A stretch of DNA of 32,000 nucleotides from Candidatus Angelobacter sp. (lineage in GTDB: Bacteria; Acidobacteriota; Terriglobia; Terriglobales; Acidobacteriaceae), in the NCBI GenBank assembly GCA_035939495.1, contig DASZFU010000022.1, positions 1 to 32,000 of the forward strand, read 5' to 3'. The translations under genes were made by a program, and so were the position numbers. Below, in pieces: positions 1 to 8,351 of this stretch; position 1 is the stretch's first letter, and each line of letters starts with the position of its first letter. The notes below the pieces were generated by a model that was not told the DNA's origin, searched no databases, and saw only the letters and a program-made list of their open reading frames with translations.

Positions 1-131
1 ACAAGTCCTGCTCCTCAGGTGTCACCATAGGCTAAATTGCGTTGAAGCTTCCAGAGCTTCTTAGCATGAACCAAATTGTCCAATTTGCACCCTCTTTATT
101 ATGATGGCCTGTTGAAAAGTAAGTGACATTG

Positions 132-160
132 GGCTTTAGCCGGCTTCAGCCGGCTTCAGC
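132..160. repeat. Mini-palindrome ggctttagcc followed by 2 x 10-bp tandem cggcttcagc
   Basis: Read directly from the sequence: gggctttagc cggcttcagc cggcttcagc ccc. The 12-mer agccggcttcag recurs at 2165-2176. The mini-palindrome recurs in inverted form (ggctaaagcc) at 3285-3294. Confidence 0.7.
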
Positions 161-329
161 CCCTGCACATCGCGTCCTTCGCGAAGATATGCCCATTGCA
201 TTATTTATGCAGTTCTCAATAGAGGTGTCAGGGGGAAAGCCGACAGCTTGGATTCAAGAAACGTAATCATTCATCAATGCTTGCGTTCAGCCAACCAAAT
301 AGCCATTCGCTTCTGCAAGGGTAAGGAAA

Positions 330-1265
330 CTATTTTCCCGCGAATGATTCCTTGATTGCGCGGTCGATGAGGAGCTTCAAGGCGACTGCACTGAGCACGC
401 CTTCTACCTGCTCACCGTTAACGAACATCGTGGGGGTTGCGCTCACGCCAAGAGTTCTGGCCTCAGTCATCGAGGCCTCCACCGGAGTTTTGTCCTGCCG
501 GGCAAGGCAGGCCTGGAGTTCTGCCGCATTGGCTCCATACCGCTTGCCGGTTTCCGCAGCCAGTGTATCGAGCGCGAAGGGCGTGTCGCCTGTGTGCTCT
601 TTGAACCTGGTATTCACTTCTTGCTGGTGAGTATGAACATAGTCAGAGAAATCCCAATAAGCGGCAGAATTCTGCCGGGCCAGGCACTGCGAATCAATGG
701 CCGCTCGCATGGCCCAGGGATGGGCATCGGCAATGGGGAAGTCCTTCACGACAATTCGTACATAGTTCTGGTAGCCGTTCATCACCTGGTTCACGAGGTC
801 GACATACATGCGCGCACAAAAGGGACACTGGTAATCGTCGTAGACGACAATGGTGACGGCCGCTTTCTCTGCTCCGCGAATGGGTCTTCCAGAGAGGTCG
901 ATCTTGTCCATCACTCTTTTATATGGATCTTCGGTCAGATCGAACTCTTTCACGTAGAGCAGCTTCTTCCCATCCTTGGACAAGAGGAAGTTAAAAGTCT
1001 TGCTGGTTCCCTTCTGCTCAATGGTCACTGGAAGATTGTCATAGCCGGTAAATCCGCTGGGAGAAAGTTTGCCCAACGTCAGTTGCGCGTCCGGCGCCGC
1101 CTCCGCGTAGGCGCGCACCTGGCGCTCGATGCGCCGGTTCAGCTCAGCCTGCGGAGAACTGGCTGCGCCCGCTGTCTGCGCCTTTACCAGCGTAACTGGC
1201 AGCAGGAACATACCAGGCAAAATCAAAATGACCAACCGGATGATGAAAGGCACGATACTCTCCAT
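330..1265 (-). CDS. DsbA-family thiol:disulfide oxidoreductase (thioredoxin fold) with N-terminal signal/anchor
   Basis: 311-aa ORF with a CPFC active-site motif in the context VVYDDYQCPFCARMY. The N-terminus is hydrophobic (FIIRLVILILPGMFLLPVTLVKAQ). The C-terminal TPTMFVNG is typical of the DsbA/Thioredoxin_4 cis-Pro loop region. Confidence 0.8.
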   Translation of the reverse strand: MESIVPFIIRLVILILPGMFLLPVTLVKAQTAGAASSPQAELNRRIERQVRAYAEAAPDAQLTLGKLSPSGFTGYDNLPVTIEQKGTSKTFNFLLSKDGKKLLYVKEFDLTEDPYKRVMDKIDLSGRPIRGAEKAAVTIVVYDDYQCPFCARMYVDLVNQVMNGYQNYVRIVVKDFPIADAHPWAMRAAIDSQCLARQNSAAYWDFSDYVHTHQQEVNTRFKEHTGDTPFALDTLAAETGKRYGANAAELQACLARQDKTPVEASMTEARTLGVSATPTMFVNGEQVEGVLSAVALKLLIDRAIKESFAGK

Positions 1266-1403
1266 CGCAGTAGACTACCAACCATCTCATAACCGCCTCA
1301 GCAAGATCAAACAGCAGCCTAAGTGGAGGTGTAATTATTAAAGCCTGGTTGCTGTGAGACAAGCTGAACGGCATGGATTGAGCTCTCGCGCCTCAAGGAT
1401 TTG

Positions 1404-1560
1404 ATGTTCTCTGCGCCTCCGCGGTGCACTGGTCTTCTTTGTGCTTCCCCATGTCTTCGTATCCGTGGTGGGTTTTGTTTTGGTTGTTGGTTTTCCTTTG
1501 CGGCCTTCGCGTCCTTTGCGGTGAACAGGTTTTTGGTTGTGGCTCGACTACGGAGTGCCC
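1404..1560. repeat. Intergenic repeat cluster A (REP-like family, shared with 2161-2380)
   Basis: The 26-bp stretch gcgcctccgcggtgcactggtcttct (1413-1438) is identical to 2310-2335. The flanks continue as tcttcgt.tc.cgtggtgggtttt in both copies. A second block at 1517-1557 (tgcggtgaacaggtttttggttgtggctcgactacggagtg) parallels 2231-2272. The core tttggttgtggctc occurs at 1532-1545, 2247-2260 and 2363-2376. Confidence 0.85.
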
Positions 1561-1958
1561 CTGGCCATAGAGCTACTATTAAATCTTCGATCCCTGCCCT
1601 AGTAATATCTCTATTTTAGAACTATATTTCCTTTTATATCAATGACTTATCTATTATTTTGCAACATTTTCGCCCTGAATTCATTTTCTTCTTGACCATT
1701 CACTCCCGCAACCCTTAAAACCTACCCAGGTAAGCTTTTTGGGATCATCCTATGAGTCGGATCCTGCGACCTTATGGGATCGGCCCGGAAGCCATCCGGT
1801 TGAAGCCGGGCTTGGTTGATAAGGGGTTACCTCGCTGGCAACTTCAACCCCCGGTGGCAACGCCATTGGGTCGAAAATTTATGGAATGGAGTCGCCCATC
1901 CTTCAGGCTCTTGGCGAACGGTGGGAAACGGAAAGGGTGGACACATGGTGGGACGAAA

Positions 1959-2044
1959 GGTAACAGCGGTTACAACCGGTAACAGAATTCGCCAATATTC
2001 ATGCTGGTTGTAACCGGTGTAACCGCTGTAACCGGTATTTTTTT
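1959..2044 (+). repeat. Composite inverted repeat built from 9-bp TGTAACCGS-type units, ending in a T7 run (terminator-like or protein-binding site)
   Basis: The right arm tgtaaccgg tgtaaccgc tgtaaccgg is three tandem 9-mers (2009-2035). The left arm ggtaacagcggttacaaccggtaacag carries the same units in inverted orientation. There is a perfect 12-bp pairing core, acagcggttaca (1963-1974) with tgtaaccgctgt (2018-2029). A ttttttt run lies at 2038-2044. Confidence 0.6.
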
Positions 2045-2160
2045 GCACACAAACAATTTCGATCCTGATAAGAGCAACCCCAGAGGATGCAGCTACCTAA
2101 ACCCTCTCTGCGATTTCTGCGGGCTGACAATCAAATTCGTGCCAAGGCGCGGAGGATTTC

Positions 2161-2380
2161 ATCAAGCCGGCTTCAGATCAGTGGCGTCTGTAGAGATCAG
2201 TGGTAAGCAAGTGTTTGATCCGAGTTCTTCCGCGGTAAAAAACGGGTTTGGTTGTGGCTCCGCTACGCTGCGTTCTCTGCGGTTGAAAGCTTTGTCTTTG
2301 ATTTTCCCCGCGCCTCCGCGGTGCACTGGTCTTCTCAGTGTCTTCGTGTCTCCGTGGTGGGTTTTGGTTGTGGCTCTGCA
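2161..2380. repeat. Intergenic repeat cluster B (REP-like family, shared with 1404-1560)
   Basis: Contains the 26-bp exact match at 2310-2335, two copies of tttggttgtggctc, and three YGCGGT-type sub-motifs (ccgcggtaaaaaac, ctgcggttgaaagc, ccgcggtgcac). The 177-aa ORF at 2001..2534 that covers it is low-complexity translation of these repeats. Confidence 0.85.
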
Positions 2381-2402
2381 CCATCTGGTTTTGTTTAATT
2401 TC

Positions 2403-2603
2403 TCAACTGTGACTCGGGCCGCGCAGCACGCGGGCAGGCAGAAAGAGGATAGCTTTCAGCAGTCCAAACACTCCATCGACGGCTATACCCAGTATCCGGA
2501 ACGGCAGCAGCAGGAGCCAGATCAGCGGATATAACACCAAGGCCAACAGCGCCAACGGCCAGCAAGCAACCAGCAAGATGCACCACAACAGAAAAGTCAC
2601 CAT
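2403..2603 (-). CDS. Small hydrophobic membrane protein (66 aa), unknown function
   Basis: ATG preceded by AAGGTGG, 4 nt upstream (reverse complement of 2604-2620). The product is almost entirely two predicted TM helices (FLLWCILLVACWPLALLALVLYPLIWLLLLPF). Confidence 0.5.
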   Translation of the reverse strand: MVTFLLWCILLVACWPLALLALVLYPLIWLLLLPFRILGIAVDGVFGLLKAILFLPARVLRGPSHS

Positions 2604-2732
2604 GGTTCCACCTTATCAAATATACGGTTGGAGGTGGGCAATGGTTCCCTCAAAAGAAGTCAGGTCTTAACGATTGCGAACCTAGCTCCCTTATAAGGAT
2701 TGGTACAATTCCCACTGCGCCTGGGGAGCATC

Positions 2733-3170
2733 ATGAAAATCAATCATTGGCTATTTTGGAGCGGGCTTTTGGTCTATGCAGCGGCATTTGCGCTTCCCGC
2801 GATTTTTGCACCCGATTCTCCTGCGCTCCCCGGTTATCGGTGCGCAGCTTTTGTAACCGTCATGCAGCCCTGGAGTCACGAAAATCGCGCTTTGATACAC
2901 GATGCGCCTCTTCGATATATACCGATGGTGATGACCGGATGGATCAACCCCGTCTTTCTGGTCGCCGCGATCCTGATTCTTTTTCGTAAAGCTGCCACGC
3001 TCCTGGGCGTCTTGAGGATCGTTATTCTGCTGCTGATTCCCTTCTGCTGGGTTGTTTTTCACTATGAAACGGTGCATCCACGCGAGGGCCACGTTCTTTG
3101 GATTTTAGGAATGCTGCTCGTGCTTTTTTCAGTCAGGCTGCGGCAACGGAAAGCGGGATCTCGGGCCTGA
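2733..3170 (+). CDS. Integral membrane protein, unknown function (about 145 aa)
   Basis: ORF 2700..3170. I prefer the ATG at 2733 (MKINHW) because GGGGAG lies 4 nt upstream. There are four hydrophobic segments. No family recognised. Confidence 0.6.
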   Translation: MKINHWLFWSGLLVYAAAFALPAIFAPDSPALPGYRCAAFVTVMQPWSHENRALIHDAPLRYIPMVMTGWINPVFLVAAILILFRKAATLLGVLRIVILLLIPFCWVVFHYETVHPREGHVLWILGMLLVLFSVRLRQRKAGSRA

Positions 3171-3222
3171 TGGCGGCTATGGCATCGGACTAAAACGACC
3201 GGAGCGAGAATTCAGCATAAAC

Positions 3223-3294
3223 CGAAGCTTTAGCTTCTGTCGGTATCAGGGCATGACTTTAAAGTCATGCCCTGATACCTTCAAAGGCTAAAGC
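3223..3294. repeat. REP-like palindrome cluster: perfect 38-bp palindrome flanked by two mini-hairpins
   Basis: ggtatcagggcatgacttt|aaagtcatgccctgatacc (3241-3278) is a perfect inverted repeat. The flanks are gaagctttagcttc (3223-3236) and ggctaaagcc (3285-3294). It lies between a stop at 3170 and a start at 3429, and no T-run follows it. Confidence 0.85.
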
Positions 3295-3428
3295 CAAGCG
3301 GAACGCGCAGCATTCACCAGGCAACATTGACGATCTCTAACGATGCTTCTCACAACTCCTAACACACCAATAGGCTCATCGCCACGCACCATCCTCAGAA
3401 AAGCCGTAAAATAGTTTGACTAGAACAA

Positions 3429-4358
3429 ATGCCGATGATTTTTCGAATCGCTCTTGTGCTGCTACTGTCGCCGCTTGCCTTCGGCGGGATCATTGAAGAC
3501 GTCCGTGCGGCCATCGCTCAGAACAATTTCGGCGGCGCAAGCTCCGAGCTCCAAAGTTATCGCGCGCAACACGGCGTTGATCCTGAGTATCTTGAGGCTC
3601 TTTCCTGGATGGCGCGAGGCTCTCTGGCTGCGCGCCAGTTCAAGGACGCTCTATCGTATTCCCAACAGACCCAATCGCTCGCCCTGCAACAACTGAAGAA
3701 AGTAAAGCTCGACTCATCGCCGCATCTTGCCATTGCCCTGGGTGCGGCCTTTGAAGTGCAGGCACAGGCGCTGGCCGCAAATGGAGACCGCAGCCAGGCG
3801 GTTTCGGTTCTCCAAAATGCGCTCGTGAGTTATGGTAAAACTTCGATCCGCGCACGACTGCAAAAAAACCTGAACCTGCTCAGCCTGACCCATCGTGAAG
3901 CGCCGCCGCTTGATGTCAAAGAGCACGTAGGTTCGGCAGTGGCTCTGCCTCTCACGAAACTTCGGGGATCCCCTGTGCTGCTCTTCTTTTGGGCGCACTG
4001 GTGCGGCGACTGCAAAAACGAAGCCCCGATCATTACGCGTCTGCGCTCTGAATATGCAGGCCAGGGACTGGTGGTGATGGGTCCGACACAACTCTATGGA
4101 TATGCGGCTCGGGGCCAAGAGGTTCCTCCCTCGGAGGAGCTTGCCTATATAGATACGATCCGCCAGCGGTTTTATCCGGGATTGCTCGACCTTCCGGTCC
4201 CGCTGAGCAAATCCAACTTCGACACCTACGGGGCCAGCACCACGCCCACGCTGGTGTTGATCGATCGCACAGGACGCGTGGCCCTCTATCACCCCGGATC
4301 GATGTCGTATGCCGATCTTCGCACGGCCATTGAATCCGTTGTGAAACCTGCCTCCTGA
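3429..4358 (+). CDS. TlpA/ResA-like periplasmic thiol:disulfide oxidoreductase with N-terminal helical (TPR-like) domain
   Basis: WCGDC active site in the context LLFFWAHWCGDCKNEAP. There is an N-terminal signal-like segment (IFRIALVLLLSPLAFG). The C-terminal TPTLVLIDRTG is typical of the AhpC/TSA-redoxin fold. Confidence 0.8.
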   Translation: MPMIFRIALVLLLSPLAFGGIIEDVRAAIAQNNFGGASSELQSYRAQHGVDPEYLEALSWMARGSLAARQFKDALSYSQQTQSLALQQLKKVKLDSSPHLAIALGAAFEVQAQALAANGDRSQAVSVLQNALVSYGKTSIRARLQKNLNLLSLTHREAPPLDVKEHVGSAVALPLTKLRGSPVLLFFWAHWCGDCKNEAPIITRLRSEYAGQGLVVMGPTQLYGYAARGQEVPPSEELAYIDTIRQRFYPGLLDLPVPLSKSNFDTYGASTTPTLVLIDRTGRVALYHPGSMSYADLRTAIESVVKPAS

Positions 4359-4365
4359 TAAATCC

Positions 4366-5142
4366 ATGCCGGCCTGGGATGCGGGACTTTATTTGCGATT
4401 CGCGGACGAACGCGCCCGGCCGGCCGCCGACCTGATTTCGCGCATTGATCTCAACGATCCCGTCCACATTGTTGACATTGGCTGTGGACCTGGCAACAGC
4501 ACCAACATGCTTCACCAGCGTTGGCCGCAAGCAACCATGACCGGTGTGGACAACTCGGCCGAAATGCTCGCCCAAGCCTCATCTGCCTATCCAGGCTGGA
4601 GTTGGATACAGGCGGACGCCGCCACCTGGACAAGCGGCCAGCAATTCGATCTGGTCTTCTCCAATGCCGCATTGCATTGGGTCCCAAATCATGCCCGGCT
4701 GTTCCCACGCCTGTTCGACATGGTTGCGCCGGGAGGAGCGTTTGCAATCCAGATGCCCTCCAATTTCAACGCGCCCTCACATCGCGTCATGGCCGAAGTG
4801 GCGCAGGAACCTCTTTGGCGGAACGCGCTGCAGAATGCAAGCGCAGGGATCGGCGTGGAATCTTTGTCGTTCTACTATGATCTGCTGCATCCGTTAGCTT
4901 CATCGCTGGACCTGTGGGAGACAGAATACCTTCATATCCTCGACGGCCCGGAAGCGATTCTGGAATGGATTCGCGGAACCGGAATGCGACCCTATCTGCA
5001 AGCGCTGGAGAATGATCAACTGAAAAAGCAATTTCAGAGCCTTTGCCTCGAGCGTCTACGTGAAGCTTATCCGCGACGCCCGAGCGGCAAAGTGCTGTTT
5101 CCCTTCCGCCGCATCTTTGTGATTGCGTACCGGAGTGTTTAG
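4366..5142 (+). CDS. tam: Trans-aconitate 2-methyltransferase (class I SAM-dependent methyltransferase)
   Basis: Collinear with my recollection of E. coli Tam along its whole length. Matching stretches are WDAGLYLRFADERARPAADLISRI, VDIGCGPGNST (SAM motif I), FSNAALHWVPNH and the C-terminal FPFRRIFVIAYR. It starts 7 nt after the upstream stop. Confidence 0.85.
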   Translation: MPAWDAGLYLRFADERARPAADLISRIDLNDPVHIVDIGCGPGNSTNMLHQRWPQATMTGVDNSAEMLAQASSAYPGWSWIQADAATWTSGQQFDLVFSNAALHWVPNHARLFPRLFDMVAPGGAFAIQMPSNFNAPSHRVMAEVAQEPLWRNALQNASAGIGVESLSFYYDLLHPLASSLDLWETEYLHILDGPEAILEWIRGTGMRPYLQALENDQLKKQFQSLCLERLREAYPRRPSGKVLFPFRRIFVIAYRSV

Positions 5143-5179
5143 CTTCCTTCGCAGACCAGCACCACTACTTTCACCTCTG

Positions 5180-5467
5180 CTAATGACTATCTATTCCCTC
5201 AGTTGAAGTTCCAACACACTCGTTAACGACCGCGCGAAACCGTGAGTAGATCATTTCGCAAGGAATCATCATTGGCTTGTCCGTGACCTGGAAGGTGAGG
5301 ACCTGGGTTTCGAAATTGCAGCTCCAGGTGACGGTAAAGCCGCTGCGTGTTGTGCTTCCGCTGTCAGAGTCGATGACGATGCCTGTATTCTCTTCTACAG
5401 TTTCCTTGATGCAGCTCCACTTTTCCTGCGTGATTCCGTTGAAAACAATGGCGTCACATGCGCCCAT
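5180..5467 (-). CDS. Hypothetical small protein (95 aa, 6 Cys)
   Basis: Clean ORF on the same strand as the M50 protease gene and 60 bp downstream of it. No family recognised. The amino-acid composition is unlike the shadow ORFs elsewhere in the window. Confidence 0.45.
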   Translation of the reverse strand: MGACDAIVFNGITQEKWSCIKETVEENTGIVIDSDSGSTTRSGFTVTWSCNFETQVLTFQVTDKPMMIPCEMIYSRFRAVVNECVGTSTEGIDSH

Positions 5468-5527
5468 GCACTCTGCTCCCTTGAAATGATTTATTTACAG
5501 GTCCTGCAAGTATAGAACGGGATTCGG

Positions 5528-6520
5528 CTAAGGACGACCGATTCCATGCATTTGAGGCATCAGCCACATTATCAGCGCCAGGCCAGTCAGCACGATGATG
5601 AAATAGGCGGTCAGTGCTGGACCAGAGCGAGGTGGAGCGTCCTTGGTAAAGAGCCTCCAAGCCGCCCCTGCAGCCACGATCAGGAATATGTTCTGTCTCG
5701 ACGCGAACCAGATTGCTACACAGGTAGCAAGCACGATCAGGCGCTCGGCTTTGGTCAGGGCCAGCGCCGCCTGGCCTCCATCGAGCATCCAGACCGGAGT
5801 CAGGTTAAGCACATTAAGCCATGCCCCCGAGAAAGCCAGGCCGGCCCACAGCGGATCGTTAGTTTGAAAGAAGATCACGCCACAGACGGCGGCGGCGAAC
5901 CAGCCTGCCAATGGTCCAGCCAGGCTGACCGCGGCCCGCGTCTCCAGCGGCACGCCCAGCGCCTGCCATTTCACGTAAGCGCCTAATCCCGGCAGAAAGA
6001 CCGGCATTTCTGCCGGCAACCCCCGGCGCTTGATATCGATATAGTGGCCCATCTCGTGGATGAGGATCTGTATCGCAAAACCAATGCCGAACCTTGCTCC
6101 CCATAGCGCCCAATAGACACCCATGAAGGCCACTAAGCTAAAAAGGAATTTGAGCTTGAGCAGCTTCGCCAGTAAAACCCCGAGCGCGCCAAGCGGCGCC
6201 AGCTTGCCTAATGCTTTCTTTTTGTTATGGCCGTCCAGGGTGGCTGCCGATTGTTCCAAAGTACGAATGTGCTCACGCACCCATTTGCTTTGCGCCGACC
6301 CCTCTGGCAACAGCGGAGTAGCGCTAAGCCACCGGTCCCGGGCAGCGAATAGGTCACCATGCGCCTCCAGAGCTCTGGCTTCTCCTGCCAGACGTTCCAA
6401 GGTGTCAGCGTGAACCAATGCCTGGCACTGCGGACACTCCAGTGCCCCCGGCGCCAAGTAATGCGAACAACGCTTACAAATCTGCGTTATTGATGCGTTT
6501 GTTGTGAAATTGGATCCCAT
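5528..6520 (-). CDS. M50-family (site-2-protease-like) membrane metalloprotease with N-terminal zinc-ribbon
   Basis: HExxH motif in the context ILIHEMGHYIDIKRRG inside a polytopic membrane region. The N-terminus has CxxC...CxxC (CKRCSHYLAPGALECPQC). The downstream LNLTPVWMLDGG resembles the second M50 motif. Confidence 0.8.
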   Translation of the reverse strand: MGSNFTTNASITQICKRCSHYLAPGALECPQCQALVHADTLERLAGEARALEAHGDLFAARDRWLSATPLLPEGSAQSKWVREHIRTLEQSAATLDGHNKKKALGKLAPLGALGVLLAKLLKLKFLFSLVAFMGVYWALWGARFGIGFAIQILIHEMGHYIDIKRRGLPAEMPVFLPGLGAYVKWQALGVPLETRAAVSLAGPLAGWFAAAVCGVIFFQTNDPLWAGLAFSGAWLNVLNLTPVWMLDGGQAALALTKAERLIVLATCVAIWFASRQNIFLIVAAGAAWRLFTKDAPPRSGPALTAYFIIVLTGLALIMWLMPQMHGIGRP

Positions 6521-6739
6521 CCTTAAGATGTAGCCGTTGTAGCCAACAACCTTCCCCTAAAAGAAATGTATCAGATTTGGTTTGAAATTGAGGTTTTAAG
6601 CGATCTCTACCGATTTGACGAACCGCGAGCCGGCACTGCATTTCGCAGGTGATGCCAGAAGTAACGGGAACCAGGCCCGGCCGGGTAAATAAATCTATGC
6701 AAAACCTGGGCCCAGGTTCATTCTATAAATATCCCCTCC

Positions 6740-8272
6740 ATGGAGGCCTTGATGAGACGCACTACGCCGGCGTGCCTGCGAGCGCTTGTCATCCTGATAA
6801 GCGCTTGGTGCTTCGCCCAACAGGAGAGTTCACCTTCGCTCACGATTTACAATCAGAACTTTGCGGTCGTTCGCCAATCTGTGCCACTGGACTTGAAGAC
6901 CGGAGTCAACCACGTTTTGTTCAGCGACATAACAGCGCACGCGGAGCCGGAATCTGTGGTGCTGCGGGAGTTGAGCGGCGGACATCTGCAGATCCTGGAG
7001 CAGAATTATCGCAATGATCCTATCTCGGAGGGCCTCTTGCTCAACTTGTTTGAGGGCAAGACCCTTGATTTTGATGTGGGCAACGACAGCCAGGGCCATC
7101 CTGTGATCGTGCAAGGACGGGTGGTCAGGAGCGGCTACGTCCCCCATGTTGAGGCCTACCAGCGTTACGGGCAACAGTATGCTATGGCGCAGATGACTAT
7201 GACATCAGGAGGCGCAGGGCAGCCTGTGATCGAAGTCAATGGCAAGCTCCAGTTTAATCTTCCTGGAAGACCCATTTTCCCTTCGCTCGGCACCGACACA
7301 ATACTTAAGCCGACCTTTGACTGGCAGCTTCAATCGCCGGAAGGCGGTCACCGGCTGGCCGAGCTGTCGTATGTCTCCGGCGGAATGAGCTGGCATGCGG
7401 ATTACAACATCGTGGCCCCTGAAACCGGTGATATCGCCGATGTGGTTGGCTGGGTCACACTCGACAACCAGAGTGGCAAGACTTTTGATAATGCGCGGAT
7501 CAAATTGATGGCCGGCGATGTTTCGAAAATTCAACCACCCGGTGCCGGGTTTGGTTTCGCGCAGAATGGGGCCATATCTGACCAGGTAGCCCTGCCGCCG
7601 GTAACGGAAAAATCTTTCGACGAATATCACCTCTATACGCTGGAGCGGCCCACGACTCTGAGGGATCGCGAGATCAAGCAAGTCGAATTCCTGCGGGCCA
7701 TGGGGGTCCACACCAGCCGTATTTATGTTTACGATGGAGTTCGGATCAGCCAGCAATACCGTGGATGGAACATGGAAACCATCCGCGACAACGCAAATTA
7801 CGGGAACGAATCGAATCCCAAAATCTGGGTCATGCTGGAGTTCAAAAACTCCAAGAGCAACAGCCTGGGCATGCCCCTGCCGCAAGGCCGTGTGCGTTTC
7901 TATCGCCGCGACCATGATGGACAGATGGAGTTCACCGGCGAAGACAAGATCGACCACACACCTACGGACGAAACCGTCCGTCTGTATACGGGCAACGCCT
8001 TCGACGTGGTCGGCGAGCGTCGCCGCACTTATTACAAGCACAACGCGCAGGAGCGCTGGACCGACGAAAGCTTCGAAGTCAAGCTGCGCAACCACAAATC
8101 GGCGCCCGTCGAAGTCCGGGTTGTCGAGCATCTCTACCGCTGGTCCAACTGGGCAATCACGCAGAAATCTGACGACTTCCAGAAGATCAACGCGCAAACC
8201 ATCGAGTTCCGGGTATCAGTGCTGCCCGATACGGAAAAAACAGTGACTTACACGGCCCACTATAGTTGGTAA
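6740..8272 (+). CDS. Secreted DUF4139-type (MuiA-like) protein
   Basis: 510-aa ORF with a signal peptide (ACLRALVILISAWCFAQQ). The N-terminal LTIYNQNFAVVRQSV and the central SYVSGGMSWHADYNIV resemble the DUF4140/DUF4139 pattern as I remember it. The start could instead be the ATG at 6752. Confidence 0.65.
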   Translation: MEALMRRTTPACLRALVILISAWCFAQQESSPSLTIYNQNFAVVRQSVPLDLKTGVNHVLFSDITAHAEPESVVLRELSGGHLQILEQNYRNDPISEGLLLNLFEGKTLDFDVGNDSQGHPVIVQGRVVRSGYVPHVEAYQRYGQQYAMAQMTMTSGGAGQPVIEVNGKLQFNLPGRPIFPSLGTDTILKPTFDWQLQSPEGGHRLAELSYVSGGMSWHADYNIVAPETGDIADVVGWVTLDNQSGKTFDNARIKLMAGDVSKIQPPGAGFGFAQNGAISDQVALPPVTEKSFDEYHLYTLERPTTLRDREIKQVEFLRAMGVHTSRIYVYDGVRISQQYRGWNMETIRDNANYGNESNPKIWVMLEFKNSKSNSLGMPLPQGRVRFYRRDHDGQMEFTGEDKIDHTPTDETVRLYTGNAFDVVGERRRTYYKHNAQERWTDESFEVKLRNHKSAPVEVRVVEHLYRWSNWAITQKSDDFQKINAQTIEFRVSVLPDTEKTVTYTAHYSW

Positions 8273-8351
8273 ATTCAGAAATTTTTTTGAAATGTTTTTG
8301 AGTTTTACCTCACTACCTATTGAGAGGATTCTACATGGCAAAGGATGGGAC

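Noticed and set aside
1-28. Possible start of a minus-strand gene running off the left edge (reverse complement reads ATG GTG ACA CCT GAG GAG CAG...).
   Set aside because: Only nine codons are visible and there is no SD, so it cannot be supported from this window.
594-1292. 232-aa plus-strand ORF antisense to the DsbA-like gene. Similar long antisense ORFs are 3714..4367(-), 4033..4575(-), 7205..8197(-), 14250..14897(-), 16878..17789(+), 17062..17658(+), 20878..21687(+), 21579..22490(+), 22896..23333(+) and 26473..27021(-).
   Set aside because: Each lies fully inside a gene with clear family motifs on the opposite strand. Their translations are Arg/Gly/His-rich, low-information sequence typical of shadow ORFs in GC-rich DNA, and none has a recognisable motif or SD.
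1959-2044. CRISPR array or minisatellite interpretation of the 9-bp repeats.
   Set aside because: The units are 9 bp, contiguous and without spacers, and there are only three per arm in inverted arrangement. This is not CRISPR-like.
2001-2534. 177-aa ORF spanning the 9-bp repeat array and repeat cluster B.
   Set aside because: The translation (VTGVTAVTG..., PAPPRCTGLL...) is simply the repeat units read in frame, and the same PPRCTGLL string appears in ORF 1401..1619 from cluster A. It also runs antisense into the 66-aa membrane gene.
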